Origin: a virus
Taxonomy: Duplodnaviria > Caudoviricetes
Direction: 5' to 3' (one strand)
IMG/VR virus record: IMGVR_UViG_3300020050_009955
Location: 35,356-99,355 of that record
Length of the DNA stretch: 64,000 nt
Shown here piece by piece: positions 1 through 11,600 of the stretch; position 1 is the first letter of the stretch; each line of letters begins with the position of its first letter. The position numbers were made by a program, and so were the translations under genes. A model generated the notes under the pieces. That model searched no databases. It was not told the origin of the DNA and saw only the letters and a list, made by a program, of their open reading frames with translations.

Positions 1-1
1 A

Positions 2-487
2 GTTCAAGCAGGTCTTCAAAATTTAATGGCTAATAAGTATAAAGCAGATTCCCAAGTTCAAAGTCAGTACGATCAAATGAACAATCAAGCAAGAACTCAG
101 TATGAGCAAAGGTTACAACAACAAAATCAATTCAATGCTCAAACACTATCAGCTAACGATGATAAGAATGTTGCAAATAGAGCAGCATATACCAATAATT
201 TATATGGAGCTTTACAGACAGTTTCTAATGTTGGCAAAGGATTCAATCAGAAAGCAACATCCGAAAAAGCTGTTAATGCTTTAATTGCAAACGACCCACA
301 AGCTGCACAAGGATTCTTGGATGCTAATGGTCAAGTAGATCAAGCAGCTTTACAAAAAAATAATGAATTACGAAGACAAGTTTATCAAACAATAGATGAC
401 GGTATATTCTATCAAGGTGGTACTAAATATAAAAAGCTAGGAACATATCTTACAGGTGGTAAAATAAAATTAAGAAAGAGAAGATAA
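2..487 (+). CDS. Virion cargo/structural protein, 5'-partial (frame is open from the window edge)
   Basis: The frame is open upstream of the ATG at 26. The protein is Q/N-rich and helical, ends with two xxGG motifs (FYQGG, LTGGKI) and lies upstream of the giant RNAP gene. Confidence 0.6.
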   Translation, partial: VQAGLQNLMANKYKADSQVQSQYDQMNNQARTQYEQRLQQQNQFNAQTLSANDDKNVANRAAYTNNLYGALQTVSNVGKGFNQKATSEKAVNALIANDPQAAQGFLDANGQVDQAALQKNNELRRQVYQTIDDGIFYQGGTKYKKLGTYLTGGKIKLRKRR

Positions 488-488
488 T

Positions 489-2684
489 ATGTCAAATAGA
501 TTTGTACAATATAGACCATTAGACTATACTCCAGTTACGGAGCCTTTAGAGATACTAAAGGAAAGTCTAGTTAATAGGCGTAAGCTTATTGATATGATGG
601 AAGATGAGCAAGATAAGTTAGCTACAATACAGGCTCAAGGTATTGATGGAACTGACTGGCAGAATAAAGCTGTAAATGTTAATAAAGTACTTCAAAGTAA
701 GAAAGATGAAGTTTCTAATTATCTAATGGAGAATTCTGGAGATCTTTACGGAGCTAAAAGAAAAATTAGAGAGCTAAAAAATTATATAACTAGAGAATCT
801 ATATCCGGCGAATTAGGAGCTATTAATAATGCAAGTGCTGCATATGCTAAGAGAATGGAAGAACTGCAAAAAGAAGCTGGTAAGAAGGATAGCTTTTCAT
901 TATCTAGATTAGAGAAGCAGAATCAATTATTCAAAATGCAAAGTCAAAATTTAGGGAAGTTTAATTCTATTAGAGGTACTTATGAGAATGCAACTTCTTT
1001 AACTGCACCGCCTGCAGAATTTGATGTATATGAAAGGCTTACTGATGTGATAAAAAATACACCAGCATTGACTGAATATAGATTACAATCTGGAAGAGAT
1101 GGATGGCAATTAGTTGACAGAGTCACTGGTGTAGAACATAAAGATAGTAATACACTTGTTGCTAATATGTTAGATTCTTTAAAAACTAGTGCAGCTTATA
1201 AGGATGATTTAGAGTGGCAAACAAGATATACTGCTGTTGCAAGTGGATTAGATATGTCTAAACCAGAAAACCAAGAATTGATGGCTAGTTGGGCAGCACA
1301 AAAAATGGCTAATGATGCTAAAGGTATTTCAGGTTACGCTTATACTAAAGAAATGGCTCCAACAATTCATAGAACAAACGATCCTGAAATGCAGTTTGAA
1401 TTACAAAGAAGAAGATTCAAGCATGATGATGACAAGCTTGCAGGTTTAATGCGTGATAATTCTTTGCCAGGTGTAACAGTTCCTGTCGACTTTATACCAG
1501 CAAACGCGTCTATACTAGGAAATATAGATTTAAATAATGAAGCCGTTACCAATATAATAAATAAATATACTAAGAATGGTAGAGGTTCTAACTTCTTTGA
1601 TGCGGGTACATACTTTGACGAATTCGGTATCTCTTATAGAGATGCTAGCGCTACAGAACCTAATTATGTAAAAAATCCTTTCCCAGGTTTAACTAATTTA
1701 CCTGCTAAAGATTTACAAAACCTTGCTAATGAACTACAAAGTAAACAACCGAATTTCAACAAAGATAAGTTTATAGCATATATGGAAAAACAATCTAAAA
1801 ATTTATCGAAGTCTGCTTCAGATAAAATTAAGGACTACTTTAAAAACTTCGAAAAAGAAACAGGAACAAGACCTCAGGAAGTTAGGATGATTCCGTTTAG
1901 TTTAGATAACCAGCAATATGTTACTGCAAATGTTTTAATGAATGATATACTACCAGTGACAGTTGTTAAGAATGGGAAGATTATTCATAATGGGGAGAAT
2001 TTTACAATGGGGGATTTAAAGAAAAAATATGGAGTACATATTTATGATAAAACAACCAAAAAGACAGTGAATGTTTTAAATCCTGATAGCTCTAGAATTA
2101 TAGGTAGAGCTTTGCCTTCATCTATTAATAATAATATGACTCTAGTAATGACTCTTCCTGATGGTATGAAAGCATACATCCAAGATGGATTAAATTCTTC
2201 TAGTAATAGATATAATCCATCATTGCAAACAGCGAATGAATTGCGAATGTCTAAACAAAATCCAGCTAATTATGCAAACGGTATTAACGTAGGATTAACT
2301 ACAGATAATAGTACACCAGTACAAGAATTAAAAGATGCTTTACAGATGAAAGGAATACAATTACCTAGTAATATCCAATCTATGAAGTTAGTACCGGGCA
2401 CACCTTTTGAAGTTAAGAATATTGATGGTACTTACTCATTACAGCCTTCATATAAGAGAGTTGTTGTAAACTATGTAGATAATGGTAGAATGTTGAGTAA
2501 AGAAGTTTATAATGCTGAATACTTTGGAGGAAGTGAACTTCCACTTAATGAACCAGATAATCATATTGCACAACAGATATGGAATCAGCATTTAGCAGCA
2601 TATGGACAGACAAAAGAAAAATTAACTAAAGAGGGTCAAATTATACAAGCTATGTACCTTCAAAATTCACAATCAGATAATTAA
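489..2684 (+). CDS. Putative ejected/cargo virion protein (731 aa)
   Basis: Long ORF immediately upstream of the giant RNAP gene, with a coiled-coil N-terminus. This position matches crAss-like cargo genes. Confidence 0.55.
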   Translation: MSNRFVQYRPLDYTPVTEPLEILKESLVNRRKLIDMMEDEQDKLATIQAQGIDGTDWQNKAVNVNKVLQSKKDEVSNYLMENSGDLYGAKRKIRELKNYITRESISGELGAINNASAAYAKRMEELQKEAGKKDSFSLSRLEKQNQLFKMQSQNLGKFNSIRGTYENATSLTAPPAEFDVYERLTDVIKNTPALTEYRLQSGRDGWQLVDRVTGVEHKDSNTLVANMLDSLKTSAAYKDDLEWQTRYTAVASGLDMSKPENQELMASWAAQKMANDAKGISGYAYTKEMAPTIHRTNDPEMQFELQRRRFKHDDDKLAGLMRDNSLPGVTVPVDFIPANASILGNIDLNNEAVTNIINKYTKNGRGSNFFDAGTYFDEFGISYRDASATEPNYVKNPFPGLTNLPAKDLQNLANELQSKQPNFNKDKFIAYMEKQSKNLSKSASDKIKDYFKNFEKETGTRPQEVRMIPFSLDNQQYVTANVLMNDILPVTVVKNGKIIHNGENFTMGDLKKKYGVHIYDKTTKKTVNVLNPDSSRIIGRALPSSINNNMTLVMTLPDGMKAYIQDGLNSSSNRYNPSLQTANELRMSKQNPANYANGINVGLTTDNSTPVQELKDALQMKGIQLPSNIQSMKLVPGTPFEVKNIDGTYSLQPSYKRVVVNYVDNGRMLSKEVYNAEYFGGSELPLNEPDNHIAQQIWNQHLAAYGQTKEKLTKEGQIIQAMYLQNSQSDN

Positions 2685-2689
2685 TAATT

Positions 2690-5600
2690 ATGATAGATAC
2701 TACACCTTTAATTCCAAATACTCCTATACCTTATTCAGGGGAGCCTAGAAAACAGTACACACCAGGACCAGAAGTTCAGAGAAATAATGAACAACTAGCA
2801 AGGCAGATACAACATCCTACCTTTGGAGATATCTATACTAGAGATGTATCAGGTACTCCCTATAAGGATTTTAAATCCTATGATACCAATATTTCACCAT
2901 ATTCCAATCAAGCTTTTTTAAGAGGTGAGAATCAGAAGTGGTATGAACAAGCAGTTAATGGTACATTAAATATGATACCGTCTACAATTCTTAAAGTGGT
3001 TGGAACAGGAGCATCATTAGCAGGAGGTTTTGGTGGTCTTTTAAGTGGTAAAGGATTTATAAAAGGGGCATCTGAAAATGCGGCATCACAAAGTCTAAGA
3101 GAGATTGAAGATTATTTTAAAAATGAAATATTACCAGTACATGGTACTAGAGCATACTTCGAAGGTAACGCAGTATCTAGATTAGGAACAACATCATGGT
3201 TGTTTAATGATTTTGCAGATGGTGTATCTTTTATGGCATCGGCATACCTTACAGGTTTAGGTATTCAAGGAATCTTAGGAAAGATGGGAAGTATCACAAA
3301 AGGATTACAACAATTTGGTTTAACGGCTGCTAGTGAAAAAAATATAGCAAGTTTTGCAGCAAAACAATTAATAAAGTTTAAAGATGCATCAGGATTAGCT
3401 ACTAAACATCTAGCTACAGGTTTTGTCAATACAGTATTTGAAGCTTCAGCTGAGGCACATGATTCAAGAGAACAGATTGAAACCTACTACAACGCTAAAA
3501 TACAAGCTGCAGAATCTTCTGGGGATACACAATTAGTAAAGCAGTTAGAGCATGAAAAAGAAATAAATGCAGATTCGGCTATGGCGTCTACATTTCTTTT
3601 CAACGCAGCATTACTAGGTTTTACTAATACGCTATTAGAAGCCAAATGGTTTTTAAATAAAGCTGAAAGTAGTAACACTGCTTTAAAGAATGAGTTACTA
3701 GCTAAGGGTGTACGTGATCAATCTGATGAAGCTTTGGAAGGATTAATTAATTCTGCTAAAGAAGGAATTAAAAAACCAAATTATTTAAGAGAGTTTGGTA
3801 AGGGTGTTTTCAATGAAGCTTATATAGAGGAGAATTATCAGGCGGCCGTTCAAAATAGATTTTTTAATAAATATTCCCAGACTCAAGATGAGAAAGATAA
3901 TAGCATCTTTAGTAATATGGGTTATGACTTAGGATCTATTATATTACAATCAGCTAAGAATGCTAAAGGTTTTACTAAAGATGTACTAGCTTTACCATTT
4001 CACGCACTAGGTTTAGATACTTCTGGCTTTGAAACTAAAACAGGAAGTGCAGAAGATGAAGCTGCTCAGGCAATGTTTGCGGCGGTTGGTATATCAGGAC
4101 CCATGGCAATGAAAGCTGCACATAGTGAGTATATTCAAGATTTAGAAGCAGTAGGAGAAGTTAGTCAAGAAGTTAAAAATTTAGTAAATATTGTTAAACT
4201 ATCAGGCGAACATTTAATAGAGAATGTTAGACAACCTCTAAGAAAATTTACTAATACGTCAGTAGATGCGGATGGAAAAGCTAACACTGAGGAAACTATT
4301 GTTAATCCTGTAACTGGAAAACATGAATTTGATCCTGTCGAATTTGCTAAGGGGAATAAGAGAGGTGCAAATGTTTTAGATAAACATAAGAAAGCAGTAC
4401 AAGCTGTAATGGCTGAAGATGAAGAAGCCTTGTCTATTATATCAGATCAAGTAACTAATGAATGGGGATATGATTTATTTAGTTTAAGTCAAGGTAGAAT
4501 AACTGATGATGAGTTACAGATTATACTGGATAATCATCCAGCTTTTCAGAATAAAGATTTGCAACAGTTAGGTTTAGATAATATAATAGCTGATAGAAAA
4601 GATACTTTAAAAAAATCTGTAGAAACTTTAAAAAAATTAAGTTCTAAGTATGAAATCATGTCAGATTTTATTCCTCAAGCAGATTTGAGTAAGTTAACTG
4701 ATGAAGAAAGAGAAATTGAAATTAATAAAAGATTCGATAAAAGCTTAGACAGATCTATACGAAATGATGTAATGCGTACAGAGTTCTTTGTTAACTATAA
4801 TAAAGATGCTGTATTAAAAGCTGATGATACTTTACAAGCTTACAAGGATGATACAGCAATAGATGAAGAGGTATTAAAAAATATGACACCTGAACAAGGT
4901 GGCAGATATTTAGATTTAATTGATTATAATCAAGCTTTAGCGGATTTAGCTAAAGGGGATAAATCAATAACTAAACAAATAATAACTAAACAACTTACTA
5001 GGTCTTCTAAATTTCAACGAGATTATTTAGATATATTAAAAAGACATAATAAAGTCTCAGAAGATTTAAAAGAAGCTAAAACTGAAAAAGAAAAAGCTGA
5101 ATTATCACAAAAAAGTAAAGAGCTCCAAGAAGAATTTGACCAAAAGAAATATCTAAAAGAAGAAGAGGAGAAAATTGAAGGTTGGGAAGCTATTACAAGT
5201 TCATTACAAGTAGGAGATTCTAAAATATCTGTGCCACACTATAGTGTATCAGATAGTATAGAAAGAAAAGTAGGTGCTAGAAGATTATATAATGGAAATC
5301 TTAAAACTTCTATTAGAGCTAATACTGCTGGTAAACTTGTAGCTAAAGATGTTTTAGATGCAAGATTAACTCCAATATTAAATGAAATAAAAACAGGTCC
5401 TATTACAGGTCAAAGACTAGCAGAGATTGTACAAGAGTTATCAGATTTAGTAACTAATGTAAGTTCTGTAAGTTTAGGTAGTCCAGTGTTACTACAAATT
5501 CTAGAAAAGTTACGTAAAGATTATTTACTTTCTGAGGAGGCTATTATTTCTGCTAATAAAGACTTAAAAAATATTATTGTAGGAGATAACGGACCAGTAG

Positions 5601-8600
5601 ATACCAGTATAGTAGGAGAGTTGGAAACCTTGATAGAACTTATAGATGGCGGGCAGGGTGAAGAAGTTGCAGGGTTTTTAGATGATGAAGATTCCCCACT
5701 ACATAATTTATTTAATTTAGTAGATAAACAAAGGAATAATAGTAATGCTTCTCCAGAATTGAAGAAGGCTATAGTAGATACATATCAGCAATTTATTATA
5801 GATACGGCTAATAAGTTTTTAGAAGGTCCTGAATTAGCAGCCATCTTAGCAACTGATTTAAATTCTAATGAGGATGTCTTTAAACGTATTGTTTCTTTTG
5901 TAGTAGACATAGATAATTCAGAATCACTTGTAAAGTTAAGAGAATTTGTATCTGAATATTTTGACAAAAATGGATCTAATAATTCGCAAGCTATTGAACA
6001 ATTAAAGCAATTAATAAATACTAAAGCACCTAAGTCTAGGATTCAAGATGATTTAAATGCAGTAAAAGAAATAAAAAGAAATCCAGATGAATTCAATATA
6101 TCTGAAGCATATAAGAGCTTAACTAGTATTGCGCAGGAACTTATACCAATCTTTGCAGAATTAACAGATATCGCATTATTATATACTGGAGACGATCGTA
6201 TAAAGGTTGCTCAAAATCACACTGTTAAAGATACTAACATAAATAACTACACGGATCTAGAAAAAGTATTTCAAGCTATATATGATTTAAAGAACGCTAA
6301 AAAAGTTTTTGAAAATCGTAAAGATATATCAGATGAGTTTAGAACTAAGATGTTAGATAAGATAAATACTCAATTAACTCTATTAAATATTATAGAAGAA
6401 AGAGTACAAGCTAATGTTTATAAATCCGATTTACAAAATCAATTATATTTAGATCATAAAACATTTGGGTTATTATCAGCATTTGGAATAATGACTAAAA
6501 ATTCTGACGTTGATCCAGAAAATGCTGTAGTTAAGCTATTTCAAGAGATATTAAAAGATACTGATATAAATGTTGTAGATGAATTAACGAGACATAGGGA
6601 TTCAAAATCTCTATCTGCATTAATGGGTTTCATATCTCTAGCACAAACTAAAGCTAATCCTGAGCAGATAAAAGAAATTAATACCTTGTTGGATAATTTT
6701 GCTGAGGGGTTACAATTAGAGATTTTAAGTAAACATGCAAACTTGTTTAGAGGTAAGGAATCTGTACCTGGAACCTTTGCAGAATTTGCTAAAAATCCTT
6801 CAAAGAAAGCAAGATCATTTTTCTTACATACTTTCTTTATGTTTGATGGTAGGAAGATTAAAGATAATAAAGTTCAAGAAGATAAGCTTAATGCATATAA
6901 ACAAGATCCTAAATCTGGATTTTTTCAAATTACAGAACACAATAATTTTTTAGAGGCGTTAAAGATAGCTAATGAAGATGTTAAGAGAGGATTAATATCT
7001 GAAGTAGAATATGATAATTTAAAAATATTTGTAAATCAAATTTTAAGACCACTTCAAGGTATTGAAGCTCTAAAAAATAATTTAAATTCTAAATATTCTT
7101 ACGCAACACTTCAAGAAGAAGTATTTAAAATTTCTGGACAAAAGAACTTAAACTTATCACAGCAACAGTTTGCAGCTATGATGGATAGTTTATTATTTTT
7201 ATTGTCAGATAATAACTCTAATGTAGATCAATTAGGATACGCTGCAGTATTATCTGGAGTTTTAGGATCTGGAAAATCTACATTAGTTGGATTACTTACT
7301 AATATCCATGCAAAACTTACAGGAAAAGATAGTGTTAAACATGTATTAGGTACTGCACACGTTGATGTAGCATCAGAAAATATAAACAAACATATTGATT
7401 CAACTTCTACACAGAATAAAACAGTTGGGCAATTAACATCTGACGACTTAAAGGATACTGAAATCCTAGTTGTTGATGAAGCTTTTGCAATGTCAAATGA
7501 TCAAATAGACTCATTACATTTATTGATAAAAGAGATTAATGCTCTTAGAACTTCAAATAAAATAAAGGTATTATTTGTAGGAGATATGTCCCAAAATCGC
7601 TTAGACCAGGATCATATTTTAGCAAGTGATACATTTACAAGAGATAATGGAGTTATAAAATCTGCACAAGCACTTACTATAATATCACCCCTAGCTACTA
7701 TTTATAGAACATCTATTGATGCGATAGCGTCTACTCTATTTAAATTTAAGGATTCTATTGAAGATATTGCAGCAGTAGATACAAAATCTACAATAACTTC
7801 TTTACAGGAGTATACGAATCAAGCATTGGGTATTGTTCAAGTAAATTCTGAAGCTTTACCTCAATTTTTAGCAGCTAGAGATACTACAAGATCTGCATTA
7901 GTTATTGTAAATTCTTCTGAAGAAGTTGGAAAATTTATAGCTAGCCTTACTCAGTTTACACAAAAGTCTTTGAAAGAATTAAATATAGAAGTAAAATCAT
8001 ATTATGATGTTCAAAGTTTAACTAGAGATGAGGCATATATCCTATTAGATAAAACAAAACCAGGGCATCACGGCCAAATGTTTACTAATAAAACATTTAA
8101 TAGCGCTATGTATACTTCTATTGGTAGAGCTAAACAATTTGTAGGAATATCTGGAAATAGCGTTATAGTTAATTCAGAGAAACAAGAATTAGATGATGCA
8201 ATATCTATAGGAGAAATTATTAAGCAGAAACTAAAAGATGCTACAACTAATTTCGAAAATGGATTCATCTACGCAATGGGTAAATATTTTGATAAAGCAG
8301 TAACTAAAAACACCACTAAAGAAAAAGAAGCTGAAAAAACTGAAGAGACTGATGTTGTACCTATTGATATAGATAAAGATGATAAAGAAGATTTAGATGA
8401 AGATAATAACCCTATTCCGGATCAACCTGAGGATGAAGATTATACAAATCCTGATGGAACATCTAATGATATTATAACAGAGATAGGGTCTAAGACAGAT
8501 TCTTCATTGTCTGCAAGATTGAACAATACTAATAATGCAGCTATAAAACGTGTATTAAAAGGGCGGACATCAACAGATGGTGTCGATGCTATAGTTGTTA

Positions 8601-11600
8601 AAAGAGAAAAAGTTTTACCCACAGGTGGAACACAAATAATGTATTCTATAATGGTTCCAGATATATCTGGTAACTATCATGAAGTTGCTGTATTAGATAC
8701 AGAAGAACTTAATGGAACGTTTGTGTCATTAATTAATGATAATATACCAGTATTAGATGTCTTTAGAGAAGGTTTGAGGGAATCAGATTTAGCTCCACAT
8801 CAAGTAGGGAGATTTAAGCTCTCTTATTTATCCAATGGAAAATATGATAATACTGGAGAGGAGAAAAATACAAATTTATCAGATCTAGTAATTCAATGGG
8901 CTAAAGGTTTTTATGGAGATAATTGGAAAGACTCTCCTCTATTTAATAAAGACGGATCAATCGACTGGTCGAAGTTCCAAACATCTGTAATAACTAGAAA
9001 ATTGTATGATCAACTAAAACTATCTGAAAGAGGATTCTCTGCAGGAATTTTAGGGGCTACTATATTGAGAATAAAAGAGTATAATCCTAAAGCTCCAAAA
9101 TCCTTAGATCAATTTATTATATTAAACACACAACAAGCACATTTATCAAAAGGGTGGTACAATAAGACAGTTGCACCAATTCAAAAATTCTATGCAGCTA
9201 CAAAAGCTGTAGAAGATATCCTAGTGGCAGAACCTTTTGTTACAGCAAATGTTAATGATTATAATTTATATTTAGGGGATTCTAAATTAAGATTTAATAC
9301 AGATCTATTAGACGCCTTTGCTAGAGAAGCCTACACTTATGGTGATGTCGCATTACGAAAAAATTCATTAGAAATTCTTAGAAATATATTAAGTGGAGAT
9401 GCTTTGAAATTTAATATGAAAAACATTTCGGATGAACAACTTTTAAAATTGCAGGATGCTTTGCATGAATTAGTAGGCTTAGCTTATATTAAAAAATCTA
9501 AGCAGCTAGTAATTCCAAACACACCAGAAGCTATCAAAGAATTAGAAGATACTTATGGAAAAGGGTATACATTTGATTTAACTACCCACCCTACTCACAA
9601 TAAAAAGCCAAATACTAAATTCATTATAGTAAAGGTTTTGAATGAAAATAATGAACCTATTAAATTTTTAGTACAGAGCCATAGCTTAGGGAATTCTGAA
9701 GTACAAAAAGCTTTTAAAAATTTCTCAAGAAATGCAGGGGATAGAAAATTTAAGGGTCATACATTAAATGTAACACATACATATACAAAAGAAGGGCGTA
9801 ACGGGTTAGAAGTTGAAAAAGTATCTTCACCTAAAACTTTAGTATCTCTACGAAGAGGTTCTAAAAATGGTAAGACAGGTCAAAGTTCTATAGGTTGGTA
9901 TGGATTAATGAAAGCTAGATTTAGATGGATGATATCAGAACATCCAAATGGTACTAGATATGCTGAAAATGTACAAGATAAACAAGCTCTTTCTACATTA
10001 AGAAAAGAATTTAATAGGATTATTGATACTGAATTTAATGGGAAGGGTAAATATATAGGAGGTAATGACGAACTAATAGAAAGATTGTCTAGAGATTTTC
10101 CAGAAGAAATGAATCACGTTTTGGATTCATTATATGATGAATCTACAGTTCCTGTAACTTCTACTCTACTTCAAGCGATATCTGAAATTGCTGAAAATAC
10201 TCCAATATATTTAGATCCTCAACAAAAAGTTAATCCAGATGGTTCAGTAAGTGAAGGAGAACCTACGCCTCTTAGAATTAATATGGATGCAGGTATAGGT
10301 AGTAGGGTGATGACTGATAGTAAAACTAGAGATTTCGTAGAATCAGCCACTACGAATCGCTTCATTAACTACACTCCAGGGGGTGTTGAACTAGAACTAA
10401 AAGAAAAGCCTAATGATGGTGAAACTTTAAAATCAGCTTCATTAAAAAGAGTAAATGCTAACATAAATAATGAAGAAGCTGTATATAAAAAAGTTTCATA
10501 TAATCCAAATGTAGACACTATTGTGGAACAGCATATAAAAGTTATTGCTGATATGGTTAAAGATCACTTAGGATCTATTAACTTTTTTGTCGACGAGAAA
10601 CAAGGTGATGTTCTTGGAGGTGTTACTTACTTTAGAGATATAGATAATAATCCAGTTGTTTTATTTGGTAAAGAAACTATAGGCCTATCTTTATTCTATC
10701 ATGAAGTAATCCATGCTCTTACTCAACAAGTAATATTAAAAGATGATAAGGACTGTACAGAAAAAGAATTATTATTCAAGAAAAGAATATCCAATATCTT
10801 TAATTTATTTAAAGATAATTTAAAGGATTATTCTGATTTAAGTATAGAAGATATTTTAGGAAGTACTTGGTCAGATTTAGATGAACACGAATTTATTGCA
10901 AACTTAACTAATACGAAATTAGTTGAGATTTTACAACAGATGAAGGTTCAAGATATTAAATCTAAGAATCTATTTCAAGCAATACTAGATGCTATTTTAA
11001 ATTTATTTGGTTTAACAGAAAAAGATAATCCAGATTTATATGAATTAACTCTTAAATCTCTTTCAGACTTAATTACTAAGGATGCTGCAAATAGTGGTCC
11101 AGATGTAATAATAGCACCTGTACCAATTGATGTGATACCATTACCTTCTGAAAAGAAGCCATGGAAAGCGCGAACTAAACAAGAAACAGAAATTTCAAAT
11201 TTAGAATATAAAATTAGAGCTTTAGATATTGCTGATGATTCAGCAACTAAAGAAATAGAAAGATTAGAAGAAGCTAATAAACAACTTGAAGGAATAATTC
11301 CTGAAATACAAGAAGCTTTAGACAATGTTAAAAAGAAATTAAAAGAGAAAAAAGAATCTAAAACCCCTGTAGTTGGCGAGCAAAATCAATCACCAATAAC
11401 AGTACAACCTGATGAACAATTTCTATCAAATGTTGTAGAAAGTCAAGTAAGTATAGATGATATTGAAAATATAGCTGACGAGGAAGATATTGATGAAAGT
11501 GAAGTAGTAGATAGAATTAAACAAGAAGTACGTAACAGTATTGATAATCTTATACCTGCAAAACCTTTAGGTAAAACATTACAGAGAATCATAACTAAGA

